The notes under the pieces are model-generated. The model was not told the DNA's origin. It worked only from the letters and a program-made list of their open reading frames with translations, and ran no database searches. A program made the translations under genes and the position numbers. Below, piece after piece: positions 51,526-64,000 of a DNA stretch of 64,000 nt. Position 1 is the first letter of the stretch. Each line of letters begins with the position of its first letter. Source of the stretch: Takakia lepidozioides (lineage: Eukaryota > Plantae > Bryophyta); NCBI GenBank assembly GCA_030704615.1, contig CM060731.1, forward strand, positions 20,708,001 through 20,772,000, read 5' to 3'.

Positions 51526-52700
51526 TTTTTTTTTTTTTTTTTTTTTTTTTTGAGGAACAGGGACGGACCCCTGAGAACTTTATTAAATGATTATTTAAGG
51601 GAGATCTTTTACAATGTGGATATTTTCAACAAAATATAAGTGATGTGTTAATGGATTATACCATAATACTGGACTCCAAACCACCTACAAATGTAATATT
51701 CTATTTTAGACACCTAAAGTTTGTGTCTTGTCAGAATTGTTAACCATATTTTTATTGGCTCAAAAAAAGAGAAATAAAAGTATGACACCTCCCCAAGGAA
51801 GAGTAGATTATGGTGTCTCTTGCCCTGAAGGGCTACTGGGAAGGTGGACACCAACTGGTGTATTGAACTCACAACCACTTCCGAGGTGGTATTTGCGCAT
51901 TGCCACTCGCCTACAACTTGGTCGTCTATCCGCTTCAACGGTCTCTGGATGGGTGTAGATTTTCAAATCACCAAACTGAAATAGGTGGCATGTTAGGGTT
52001 TGGCAGCACATAGTTGAATTGTGGTGTATGGTCCCCACCATTGGATTCAACGAACCTAGACAGGTTTCGCACTCCACAACTGCCAACAACACTATAATAT
52101 AATTGTATACTCTCCACGTTCCCAATAATGAAATGGGTCCCATCATTGAGAGATAGCCATAGTTAGTTTTGGAATCAAGGGGATGTTTGGTCCACCATTT
52201 CTCAAAATTCTCAACGAGAAATGTTGACTCACCCAAATAAACATAAATTATGCCAATCACTTCATCCTGAAGGACTGCAGCCAAGTTCCTGTTGGAAGGC
52301 TACTAGGCATCTTCTTACGACCGTTAAGAAACCAGGGATGAGTTTGTATGGTTCATCCATATGGACGGATGGCGGTAGGAAGATATAGCTAGGCACGTAC
52401 TTTTGCAATCCAAGGGATACTAGAGATGCCCTTGTTGAAGTACTTGGCTCTAGAAACACCTTCAATTTGGGAATGAGTGATTTTTGTTGTGAGATCACAA
52501 GGATCTGGATCGAGCATGGAGGTCCTAGCTGACTTGTAATCCTTCTGTTGGCTGAAAAGACCTCCCTTACCTCTCGTCTCTTTGCTAGTATGACCTGCTG
52601 CAGGGATGACAAGTGTAGGCTTGGTTCCACAGGGATCACTAACATGCTGGTTTGTTGTCCGTGAGACCAGTTAACCTTCATTTGTTGCAGGAAATGCTAC
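51526..52700 (-). mobile_element. Degenerate LINE 3' portion with poly(A) tail
   Basis: T-run of ~26 nt at 51526-51551 adjoining the AATAAA/CAGGG..CCCTG tail motif. The upstream coding remnants are weak and the far boundary is uncertain. Confidence 0.5.
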
Positions 52701-54230
52701 TAAGAGAAGGGACTGAGGCTTTGAGCTCTCTCAAATCTCAAACCTGTTTGTATGTGTTGGTTTTGTACACGTACACTTGTTGTTTTGCTTTGAAGGATCT
52801 ATGAGTTTGTACCTACACGGAAAGGAGTCACCCTTAAGGAGACACTAGTTAGTGCACTTCCTACTTCTATTGTTCCTCCCTTGGATATGAAAGTGTGGAG
52901 GAAAATCTGTTTGTGAGAAGGGCCTAGCTAGTGGTGCTTGATTGCCAGTAAGAACACCCAAAAACTGGTTTTCTAGTATGGACTATAGACATGGAAAGGG
53001 ATGTATGGGGGGTAGTTTGATGGTGACTACATTAGGCTGTCTGATGTCACTAAAAAGAGGTAAACAACACAACACAACCTTGTCTAGCTTTGGCACACAC
53101 ATACATGCAGGCAGAGGACAGCAACATCCAGCAAGCTCTTCTAAGTTCCTTAAAAGTGTCTCATATTTGCTCCTTGCTCTACTTCTGTGCTTGGGCATTC
53201 CATGGATGTGAGACATTTCATTCCTCTTGCCTCTCTCTCTCTCTCCACCACATACCTGCTTTGATACATGGATATCTATATAAAACAGATATACATGCAT
53301 AGAAATATCCATCTGAAGCCTATATCTAGCTCCTTTGTCAGACTCCTGAAGGTAAGATAAAGGAACAACATCGATCAGCACAGAGGATTCCTTTCAATCA
53401 CATATAGAAGGTGTGGAGACAAAAATTGCGAGGGCAAAGAATGGAGCGAGATTAATAAAATAATCATAAACATGGGTGGGTTTTGGACCCCTATACAAAG
53501 ACTTGAAAGGCAGAGCCACCCTACAGGCCATGGACCAAAGCTCTCCGTCCTTCAAATCTCTGCCAGAGGCTTCCAACTACAGAAGTTCCATTCTGGTCAT
53601 ATCGGCAAATTCTTGTGTCATGTCTGACAAAAATACAGAATGATAAATTACCTGCACTAATGGGGTCAAAGGATATACAACATAAACAGGAAAAAATGGG
53701 GACCCATCTACAGTCAATGTGCCTGCCTTACTTTTAAGGTTGGGCAGTCAGATTAGCTCTAAAGCAATGTAAAGCTACTCCAACCAGTCTGAGTAGTAAG
53801 AATGGGTAAGGTGAGGAAGGAGTAGGGGTCATTCATCAGCTTGCCATATCTTGGGCTTCCCCAGTGCCAGAAATACCCAGTGCCTTCTCTGGTAACTGGA
53901 AACTGCCCCACAAACTGACAGAATGTACTGAACTTGCAAGGATTTGATCGTCATCCTTGCCCTACCTGTGTGTGTCTATCATATCTATTTTTCCACAATA
54001 GTCACAGCTACTGTGCCCTAGGAGAAATGATTCATGGTACAGGAAGTAGATTGCCAGAGCAATCTACGGGATGAAAGGGCACCACCAAACTAATAAACTA
54101 AAAAAATGAAAGCCAGAATTACACTTTACAGCCTATCCCAAGGCGGTTGGCAGGACCATAGATCCCATGAATGATATCCAGTCAACTACCAGTCAAGAAA
54201 GTATGTGCTGTGGTGAAGTTGACGCCATCA

Positions 54231-57200
54231 CTAGAAGTCCAACTCTGCTTGCTGCTTGGCCGCTTGGGCTGTCCAGTAGGCATGTGCCTTTGTCACCCTC
54301 TCCAGCAGCTCCTGGGGGACTGGCTCTCCCCTGCGCTGATGCGGAGCAATTCGGGCGGTGTGTACCAGCGTCTTCCATTTGTCCTGTACCATTGGATATG
54401 TCCATTAAATTTTACCTCAATTGCACAAAAGCTGCATATCTGGACATCCAGTTTTCCAGTTTTGATCACAGGTCACTGTGGTGTGCCTGGAACTGCTCAA
54501 GGAGGCTTTGGGACTCAAAAAGGAAAAAAGAGGAGAGAAAGAGTGTGCCTCCAGTAGTATTCAACAGGACGATACAGCAGGATGCCCAACCCATTGCCAC
54601 CCAGAGAGTTTAATACATGTAGGTCCATAAGTTCATTAAGCCCAACTTCACTGCAATAGGGAGCATCCTATGCAGGGAAAACCTCATACCCTACCAGACC
54701 TGGAATTGATGGTGACTGGTTCAACTGTTCACATGGGAATTCCATTAAGGTCTGAACAACTGCAGACATTGTACATCTTTCACAAGCAGCCAAGGGAGAA
54801 AATGTGGCTGAAAGGGCACCTTCAGATCAACATAGGTTCGATGCTTGGCCTGATCGAAGGCCCGCAACTTGACATCGCGCCACCTGAACTCATGCCAGTA
54901 GGGGTGTTAGCAGTTGATGCAAGCTGATAAAACACCACAGAAAACCCTCCATAGCACTGGAGGAAGGGAGGGTTTGACCTGTGAGGAAACATGCAAGGCC
55001 TAGTGTGAGTGGAGAGGCAAGAGCAAGGAGGCAAGAAACATAATTTGAGAGGGAGGGGCATACAGACACATTCGTGACTAGTCAGTTTCTCTCTCAAAAA
55101 CCATAAATGAAGACAGTTGTGCATTTATGAGTCTACTGTCTTCTACTGTTGAATGTCAGGGGCAGTACACAACACTTTGCGGGTTGAGTTCTTAGAATTA
55201 ATGCCCTGCATATTTGTATTCCTTGGCTATAGCACTTTGTGGAACCATAGGGGTTGAAATTCAGCCAAAACAAACTTTCCATGACTGTGTAGATACAACA
55301 TACAATACCTGCCAGTACCCAGCTTCTCCACCGCGTGGACAAGGGCCTCCACCTCAGCAACACTGAAAGGGCGGCGTACACGGCGCTTGCCGATATCAAG
55401 AGTGCGTGACTTCTGCCGCAGGGGCACAAGTGCCATGCCAGTCAAGTTTTCACCAGTACCCACACTTGGGCGCACAATGATAGCCCCAGACCCACCCACC
55501 AGGGAGTTGTGCCCAACATTGTGGGGCGGGGTGGGAGGAGGGTCCAGCTCATTCTTGGGACGGCGACTGGCATCTGCCTGTGCCCGGATTGCCGCCAAGG
55601 CCCCTGCAGCAGCTACCCGTGTTGAGTGAGGAGAGATGGACAGCCGTTCGTTGAGGTGTGGTTTGGTCTTCATACCATTGCACCCCTTCAACAGGTCGTC
55701 AGGTGTATCAGAAAATGTAATGCCTGAACGCTTCCCCTCAACATAACCCTGTTGGTCCCCAGCGATAGGTGATCCATACACCACATCAGTGTCAATTGCA
55801 GTCCCATTGCCTGTGTTGGACCATCCCTTTCCAGAACACCTCCCTCCTCCCTCACCACCAGATACTCCTGAGACCCCAAAGACTGGATACCTGGAAGCAC
55901 ATGGACAAGGAAGAGTCAACGAAGCTAATTCCAGAATGTAATCACCGAGTAATATTCACCTCTACATTAGTCGAGTATACATCTAAAGGGCATGTGTCAG
56001 CAGACTTGAGAAAGCAGCCGAGATATGAATGGCCCACCTTCATTCGTTCATGACTCTATTTTCCTCTCTTTCGGGTCCTAGAGTCTGTTTTCTCTAGTTC
56101 TTTGCCCTAATGCTGTACCGTGGAATTGGTAACTTATGCCAAATCTAGGGCTTCAGGTGTAGTTTTTGGGGTGATTCCCAGGATGGACGATGTGTCCTTT
56201 AGAACTAAATGCTCCAGCTTAGGCTTGGATTATACGGCTAATGGTTCCATCTCGAGACTTGATAACAGACTTACTTTGAAGGTTGCAATGCCCAAAATTG
56301 CTAGAAATAGGGTCTCACATCAATTCAATCTCAAAGAAGTTCGTCCCTTGACTGGCTGGAGAGCGGTCTTAGACATTAATGATTCAATGAGGCGCTCTAG
56401 GAAGGGCAGGGACTTCAACTTGAAAGTTTCTAACCGGTTTGATGCACTGAGGTTGATTCCAGGCAGTCAGACAGACAAGCTGAGCCTGATTTGGTACTCT
56501 GCACGGTTTAACAATCCTTAAAGTTTACTCAAGACGAGCAAAATCTACACACGGGGTAATTTTTCCCATTACCCCTTTGCAGAACGCTTGGCCGTCCAGG
56601 AGCAACCATAGGCTACCTAGAATGACAAACAATTCATATGCAAAGGGCTGGCTTACGGCTGGGCACTTCCAATTTCTCAGGGCAGACTAACCACAGGAAC
56701 AATTTGAAGTGGACAAGTTCTTCGGGCAAATGAAGGTCATATCTGCGCTGGGCAAGAGACATGGGAAACTTCAGACAACTGGTTGGAGATGCCAATGGTT
56801 ATATAAGTGGATCAGTAAGATGTGCGCTCTTAGGGCGGCCTCTGCCAAACGTGGTAAGAAAGGGGTTGGCTTCTTTGTCTGTGATTTCTTGTGTGACAAT
56901 TGTGAAATTATCAACAAGGGATTACGATTAGAGCACAGTATCTGGCTAAAACTGAAATTGAAGGGGCGGCGTGATTACGAAGGACCTCTTTGTGGGTTGT
57001 GTTTACATGCCCACAGAGGGGACCCTTAGTGCTGACGCAGCACGAAGACGTAAAGCTGGACTGTGCTAAGTTCCTCTCCAAAGGTCAGGTGGTCTTATTG
57101 GGTGACTTCAATGCCCGGGTGGGCAAAGGTCTTCATCAGGATGATACCATTGGGCCTTTTGGGGAGGACGAGATGATTCTTATGGTGAGACCAGTGGAGA

Positions 57201-60200
57201 TGAATTCTTATGGTAGACCGTTAATAAACTGTCTGGAAGAACTTCAGCTTTTGACCTTGAATAAAAGGTCAAAAGGAGAGCAAGTGCAGTGGACTCGTGA
57301 TAACGCCCAAACTGGTGAACGTTCCATTGTGGATTATATCATAATGGAGAAAAAATTGTTTCCCCAGAGTGCCAATGTGTTGATCGACAGAACTGATATT
57401 GGTACCTCTGACCACTTCCTGGATTGGACTGAGATCAAAAGGTGTTTCCCCAACACCAAGAAATTTGCTTCGGAAGTGGCGCAAATGAAGAGGTCAAGGC
57501 TGAGTATGTCCAGGCCTTGCAAGAGCTCTCCCTCACTTTGTCCACTCGCTCCAAGCTCTTCAGTCTTGCTCTGGCAATACAAGAAATGAAGTCGAAAGAG
57601 CAGTGGATTCTTGGGAGAGATTTGTCTCCTGTGTGGCTGACAAGATCATTGGGAGAGCTGTTAATTGGTGGACCAATGAGAATAAACTCAAAATAGCTGA
57701 GAGACGAGTCCTCTATAAAGAGTGCTGCAATTTGAATACCAACAAAGAATTGTGGGTGAGGTACTACCAGATCCGCAAAGATATCAATCAGCTTGTAAGG
57801 TCTCAGAAGAAATTATACTGGGACAAGCTATACAGTGGAATAATCAAACCACCATGGTGGTAATGAGGAGAGATTCTGATTGGCCCTTCAACGTTTGTAC
57901 AAGCCAAAGTACAAACGCTGAGGACTACTAAGGGTGCAGTGGTGACTTCAACGGTTGACATTGTCAAAACCTTTGAAACCAACTACAGTACCCTTGGCAG
58001 AATTTGTAGGTCTAACAGTGAGGGGTCCTCTGAAGAATGGAAGGACACAGTTGGAAAAACTGTTCCTATGATTCAAGACAGCCCTGATGAATTGGAGTAC
58101 ATTTCAAAGCTTACAATGCTCCCATTAGTTCTTCTGAGATAGTGGAAGCAATTGAGCATTTAAACAGATATAGAGCTGGTGGACCTGATGGCTGTGTGGA
58201 TCATATCTTCACTCTAAGCCAGATTATCCAGGGAAGGAAAAAAGAAGGGAAACCCACTTTTGTGTTTTCTTGGATGTCAAAAAGGCTTATGACCCAGTGT
58301 CGAGAGACGGTCTATGGCTCCGACTCTGGTCATGTGGGATCAAGGGAAAGATGTGGAGAGTGGTCCATAACTTGTATGCTCAACCCAAAAGTTGTGTCAC
58401 TGTTAATGGACAGAAGTCTAACTTCTTTGACATAGACCAAGGTGTAGCTCAAGGATGTACCCTCTCCCCTCTGCTCTTCAATGTTTTCATCAATCAACTC
58501 CTCGATGATGTGGAAAGTGAGGGATTTGGGTTAAGGGTGGGGGATGCCACCATACCGGCCCTTATGTTTGCGGATGACTTCGCAGGCATAGGGGAGACTC
58601 CTTCCAATCTCCAGGAGTTGATTGATTGTGCGAAGAGATACTTTGACCTTTGGGGGCTAGAGGCTAATGTCAGTAAATGTGCAGTGGTGGCATTCAACGA
58701 CCAAGGGGAGGGAGGAGGTGATCTCAAGTGGCAGTGGGGGAGCCAAGAGATTCCAGTCCTCCCTTCCTACACCCAACTGTAATTGGGATGCACATACTCC
58801 GAAAGTTGTTCAAACTGGCAAGCGCAAAGCGCTGGGTCTCACTAGATTTTTCCACTGCAGAGGGATCAACTCTGAGGTCAAAAAATCCATGCTTTGTCGC
58901 GTTATTAGACCTGCCTTGGAGTACGCATCTGCAATATGGGTTGATAACTCCAACCAGGCTAGGTCTCTAGAATCCATTCAAGTGGGGGTGCTTAAGGAGT
59001 GCATGTCAGCATGCTCCAAAACAGCCAATGTGGCTGTTCGGGGTGAGTTTGGCATCTCTTCCTAAGCTCCCGACGAGATGAATTCAAGGTCAGATGGTGG
59101 GGTCAGCTGCAACATATGTCCAACATCAGATATCCTAAGTTAATCGACTAGATATCTTGGAAGAAGGATCGCCCTGGTGGAAGAGAGTATAAGAGATTCT
59201 CAAGGATCTGAATCTTAGCCCGCAAGTCTTGACCCTGCTGGATAAATCTGACTTAGAGGCTGTAGTGTCCAAAGCCATGTCCGTTGCCAGGAAATTGTCT
59301 GATGAAAATGAAGTTAGGCAGAAAACTTCCCTGAACTTGTTTCCAGTCTGTGACATGGGGGAGGACATCATGGATGACCTCAAGGGTAAACCCACTCTCG
59401 GCACTAGACTGAAATTTAAACTCAGGGCGGGAAGCCTACCTAAGAAACAGCAAACAGAAGCAGAGAGGAAAGGGAAAGTGCAAATTCCTGTTGTGTGGGC
59501 ACCCTGAAGAAATATTCATTTTCTGATTCATTGTCCGGGGTTCTCTCACCAGAGAGACGCTCTCTTCAAATCTATCAAAGGAATTGTGCCTGTACCTCTG
59601 TTTACCAACTTTGAAAGTCTCGAGGCTGAGCCAAAAGCCCAGGCCCTTTTGGGGCCTAGTTATTGGGCAAACCACACACAGCAGGTTGATGCTTGTGTAA
59701 AGCGATTTCTGGAGGATATCTGGAAAACCTGGATCAATTGTTTATTCCAAGGTAAGTCTTACTACCAGCGTCAGCCCCTGACAAAGGTAGGTTCTGTCCG
59801 ACAAGGCTACGGCAACCAACGTCTTATGAGTACATTCTCTTTGCACAAACCTTCACAAACACACATTAACACAACCACCACACACTTTAAAAGACATACA
59901 TATGACTGTAGAATAAGGATAGAAAGTAGGAGAATTTACAGGTAAACACAGAATTGAGAGAATTCAAACAACATGCTGCAGAAAACGAAAACATGCATAC
60001 CGGGGCGATGGTTGATTGGCTGCACGCGAGAGCACAAGCAGAGGGTCCTCAGAGGTAGCAGACGGAGAGGTGGGTAGAGGACTCGGTTCCAGCATGAAGC
60101 CCAGTGATTCAGGCTTTCCACTGCGAGAGATGCCCATCTGTGAGAGTGTGGCACCCTCATCTGGCACCTTCTTACCTTGCAGCAGAACCCGCACCCGTAG

Positions 60201-63200
60201 GCCTTCTCCAAGCAGATTCATGGCAGCATCCATCACCGCCCTCTGCAACTCAGAGACCAACAAGACCAATCACTTCATCTGTCCGGAGTACAAAGTAATG
60301 TCACAAAGGAGTAGGAATCAAAATGCTTATAAGAAAGAAGATGTCCCCGCACATCCCTGACAGTAACTTGCTGACATCTGTGAGGTCCAAAAAGCAACAA
60401 CCTGCTAATGCATATAGCACAGAATTGGGGTATACCAGTGCAGACATGCATTGGTAGTTAAGTTCGCAATAAAGAGGCCCCAGAGATTTGAATGAGCCTG
60501 TGACAGGTGCCTTGCATCTTATCCATACCACTTACAGAGGAGGTAGAAGGTGGACAAGAACATACATTCTAAAGTGGAGAACCAACTTACACATGGACTA
60601 TGAGAGAGACAACAAACAACCCCAAATAAAGGGTTTTCCCAACTCACAACCATATAACCCTTACTAGAGTTTACACTCCATCACTGTCACCCGGACTCAA
60701 GTTATATTCCTTTCAGTTCCATGTTTTGCAGTAATAATTTTAAGGTGTCTTAACGGTACTGTTAATATTCACTTCATTTTCAATATGAATTTCTTTGATC
60801 TTATTGATATGTAACTATAATATATAAGTGTATATATAGTTGTCCAAAATATACACAAGAGATAACAATTCAATATAAGAGTTTCGATTTTTTCGATTTT
60901 TATTTTTTATTTTTTATTTTTGCAGAACAGGGGAGAGAGGCCCTGATAAATTTATTAATAATTATTCGGGGAAAAAATTGAAACCCCTGTTACACCCTAA
61001 GGCACACACACCGTGATCAGTGAATGTTCGAACCATACACCCATAAAGGGCAAAGGGGGTTGAGTGCAAATCACAATCCATCAAAATGATTACATCTCCC
61101 AAATGATGTCCTTCTCCCAGAGGAAGACTTGAAATTATGAGGAGCCAAACCAGACAGACAACATGTAAGCTTGCCTTAAGACTCGCAACAGTGGCTGATT
61201 CTGGTAAATCCACACAAAGCTCCGGAACAGTGAATGACTTGATGCTGAGCTTGACTGCAGCACACACAAATGCACACAAAAACCTCTCCGTTGAGTTGAG
61301 AGTCAAAGTTCAGATGTTACTTGAAAATAGGTAGAGATAAGAAGTACAATCAACTGAGTTTTAGGACAAGACACTGCTAATTTGCATATTAAATTACAAT
61401 ATCAATCATAAGCACTGGAGTTTGCAATCTGTAAACGACCTCATCAAACATCACCTATTCGCAAAGCAGTTCTCAAGAGGATGTGCCCGGCTACTCTGGA
61501 ACACCCCAAGCTTGGGAACAAACTTCATCTTCTTACTGTGGTGGAACTGTATCATCTCGTACACCTATGAGGTGAGTCGCTATATCTTTCTTGGAAGGCG
61601 TTTGCAAACTACAAAACGTCAACAGGGTAAGTTAAGAATTCAAAGACGTGTCACACCTACAACTACAGCACAAGCATACCATGTGGTTCCATATACTTCT
61701 TTGAGCATAGCTTTGATCCCTTTGCTGGAGGAGAAGACGCCACACTAGCGGCTTTTGCTGCAAAAGTAGATGATTAAGTTATCCTTCAGCTTCCAGCATG
61801 TTTCCAACAGTCAAAGATCCCTCACCAGAGATCACCAACGACCTTCTCAACTAGAGAGTGCAACAGAATCACACAAATCTTTGCCCATTATTTTGAAAAA
61901 TAGAGAGTCAAAAATAGAGAGTCATGATCTCTTGTTGGAAATATCAGGGAAATAACATTGAGGACCACATTCACAGCCATGTGGAGGGACAAGAAGCAGC
62001 CAAGCAGATACAGCAACAAAGTAACTCAACCAAAAAGAAGGGGGAATACCACTGCGTAGCTTAGCTGCAGCTGCAGGGGGCTCACCGGCAACACAATCGT
62101 ATCCCATATCCGCAAGATCAGTGGTATCTAAATGCAAGTCTGGAGAGGGCTTTGCAGTTCCATCCACAATCTTCATCCTTTTGGCTGGCAGCCCTCTGGC
62201 AGTTCGTTGCCGTGTAAAGGCAGCTATCCCACCAAGAAAGGGTTTCTTTCCAAAGATGACATCTGGAGACAAAGCTCAGAAACAAGGTTGAATACAGGCC
62301 CCCTTAGCTTGCTATATGCAAGCCTCATAGAAGTCCCACATCAACAATCACTAAGCAGCTTTGAAACTCATTGTATTATGACATCAACTTGGAAAGGCAT
62401 ATAAACTGTTGCTGGGATCCCCACATGCCTCACTAATGGCCATTCCTTGTGGGGAAAATATGACGAAGCAATCCCACAGACATGACACATTCACAGGAAC
62501 CGCCATCTGCATTCTTAGAGCAACCCTGCCAGATAATTCACCCATCACACAGTAAATGCATCACTGCATGAGGGCATCTGAGTTTCAGAAAACATCCAAG
62601 ACACCATATTACAAACCCTGAAAGCAGCGGTGAAAGAGTCAAGGGCAACTGTTGTCCAGAAAATTGCAATTGGTAGTCGTTATCACTTCTTACCTTCGCT
62701 TGAGCCTGAATCTGTTGATTCCATGTCAGTGTGCTTGCGCTTGGACCTCATGCCTGAGACCCGGCTGCGCTTCACCACTTTGGCAATCTTGCAGGCTTTC
62801 ATTCCCTTGCTGTGTGAATCCTTCAACTTTATCGTCATTGTCTCTGGCAAAAGGCGCTGTGAAGACCGATTCCCCTTGATCTTCTCCTTCCTAGAAAACT
62901 TGCCATCCCGCTTACTTGGTGTCTCCAACATAGGCATGGTGGTTTCAATCTCCACCGCCCCTGGAGAGGCAACCTTGGAGCTTCCTGATATAATGCCCAT
63001 AGGCGAGTCTTTTGTATCAACAATTATGCTCTGTTCTTCAGCATCCATCCCTGCACTGTTTTCTTCCTTTGTCTCAGCCATATCCAGGGGAATTACCACT
63101 TTTGTGTCCTCACTACTCTCTGTGATGTAACCATACCCTCTCAACTCCGATATTGGGCTGAATGGTTCATTTACGAGAAATCTGGTTGTTGCTTCTTGCA

Positions 63201-63585
63201 CAGGGCTCCATCCATCGGTCAACTCTCCTAGTGCTCTAGAATATTCCATCTTTGCTTTTGAGGTATCATTCGATGCACTTTTCTGGCCTGTTAAGAGCAT
63301 TGACTTCTCTTGTCCAACAAATAGCCCATCAACCTCCATCTCATTTGCGGGCTCATCCACCATGGAGCTCAAGGCTGCTTGGATTTTATCATCCACCACC
63401 TGCTCCAATACGACCTCTTTAGTGTAAGACTCTTCACTTTCATTTGCAGGGCACTGCTCCATATCTGCGCTTCCCCCCCATGATCCTGGGATAGAGTCTT
63501 GCACTTTAAATTTGCCGGAAGGAGACCCCGAGAAGCGATCAGAGTTGGCACTTGGCCGATTGGCATCACAAATCAGAGCTATTTC
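54231..63585 (-). CDS. TRFL: Telomere repeat-binding protein, TRFL/TBP1 family (ubiquitin-like domain + C-terminal telobox Myb and extension), 5' end unresolved. Exons: 63585-62694, 62262-62050, 61757-61680, 61254-61175, 60242-60001, 55890-55309, 54883-54820, 54383-54231
   Basis: EPHVKLSIKSFTVPEL..LPESATVASLKRAVMDA..GLRVRVLLQGKKV..LGFMLEP; KRRVRRPFSVAEVEALVHAVEKLGTGRWRDVKLRAFDQAKHRTYVDLKDKWKTLVHTARIAPHQRRGEPVPQELLERV. Intron phases are consistent; one GC-AG intron. Confidence 0.93.
56100..59845 (+). mobile_element. Near full-length degenerate RTE/RTEX-like LINE (APE endonuclease + RT) inserted antisense in a TRFL intron
   Basis: LLGDFNARVG, RSIVDYII, GTSDH (endonuclease); DVKKAYDPV, GVAQGCTLSPLLFNVFIN, LMFADD, RPALEYASAIW (RT). 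Many frameshifts. Confidence 0.92.
60890..61055 (-). mobile_element. Short 3'-UTR copy of the L1 family at 34.1-37.5 kb
   Basis: The reverse complement contains atcacggtgtgtgtgcctta.gg...aataaa.tt.atcaggg...tgttct plus an A-rich tail, as at 37340-37485. Confidence 0.8.
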
Positions 63586-64000
63586 CTGCGTACAATTCTG
63601 CCACCAAATTAGAAATAATAGATGGTACTTGAGCAGAACTGAAACATTTTCACTGGAGAGGACACCATATGGCTCCAGAACAAGTCTGCCACAGTGCGTC
63701 AGCACTGTAGAGTGTGCTGTGCTTCTTGATTTTCGCTACAGAAGCTTTACAATCAAAAGCATTCATGTAAAGCATTATTTTATACTTCTCCTTTCTACCA
63801 CAATCTGAACGTGAAACCATCACCAATAAAAATGCATGTTCCCATTTTAGGATCACAAATTCATCATTTAACCTGGAAAGCAGGAAAGATTACTCGATGG
63901 GAATGGACCATATAGGACAACCGAGGAACAAAAATTAAAATCGAAAAAATTAACAATTACACCAAGATACACTTCAACTAGTGAAACCTGGCATTACCCG

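Noticed and set aside
63650-63856. Possible first exon or uORF of TRFL
   Set aside because: No recognisable TRFL N-terminal motif and no confident splice join. The window ends before this can be resolved.
1-64000. CRISPR arrays, operons or bacterial contamination; most short ORFs in the track
   Set aside because: No regularly spaced repeats are present. All real genes are spliced, and the remaining ORFs are intronic, antisense or transposon-derived.

Overview
Eukaryotic nuclear DNA from a land plant, probably a non-seed plant (inferred from the intron-rich GRAS genes, PLS-PPR debris and RTEX-like LINEs). Five spliced protein-coding genes were rebuilt by hand from splice sites and reading-frame continuity: a diacylglycerol kinase (+, 242-8597, 12 exons), a PH-domain/coiled-coil SWAP70-like protein (+, 9876-15064, 9 exons, one U12-type intron), two tandem LISCL/SCL14-type GRAS genes with identical 5-exon structure (-, 16728-21461 and 24318-28663), and a TRFL/TBP1-type telomere-repeat-binding Myb gene (-, 54231 to at least 63585, 5' end unresolved). 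The 29-53 kb interval is mostly transposon debris: hAT-, Tc1/mariner- and piggyBac-like MITEs, tRNA-derived SINEs, L1-type LINEs, Ty3/gypsy remnants and scrambled PLS-PPR pseudogene fragments. No prokaryote-type system (CRISPR array, operon) is present. The most notable observations are TTAA-flanked piggyBac-like MITEs, the intron-containing GRAS tandem with a relocated exon fragment, a minor-spliceosome intron, two GC-AG introns, interleaved inverted repeats in an intron, and a shared stem-loop at LINE 3' ends.
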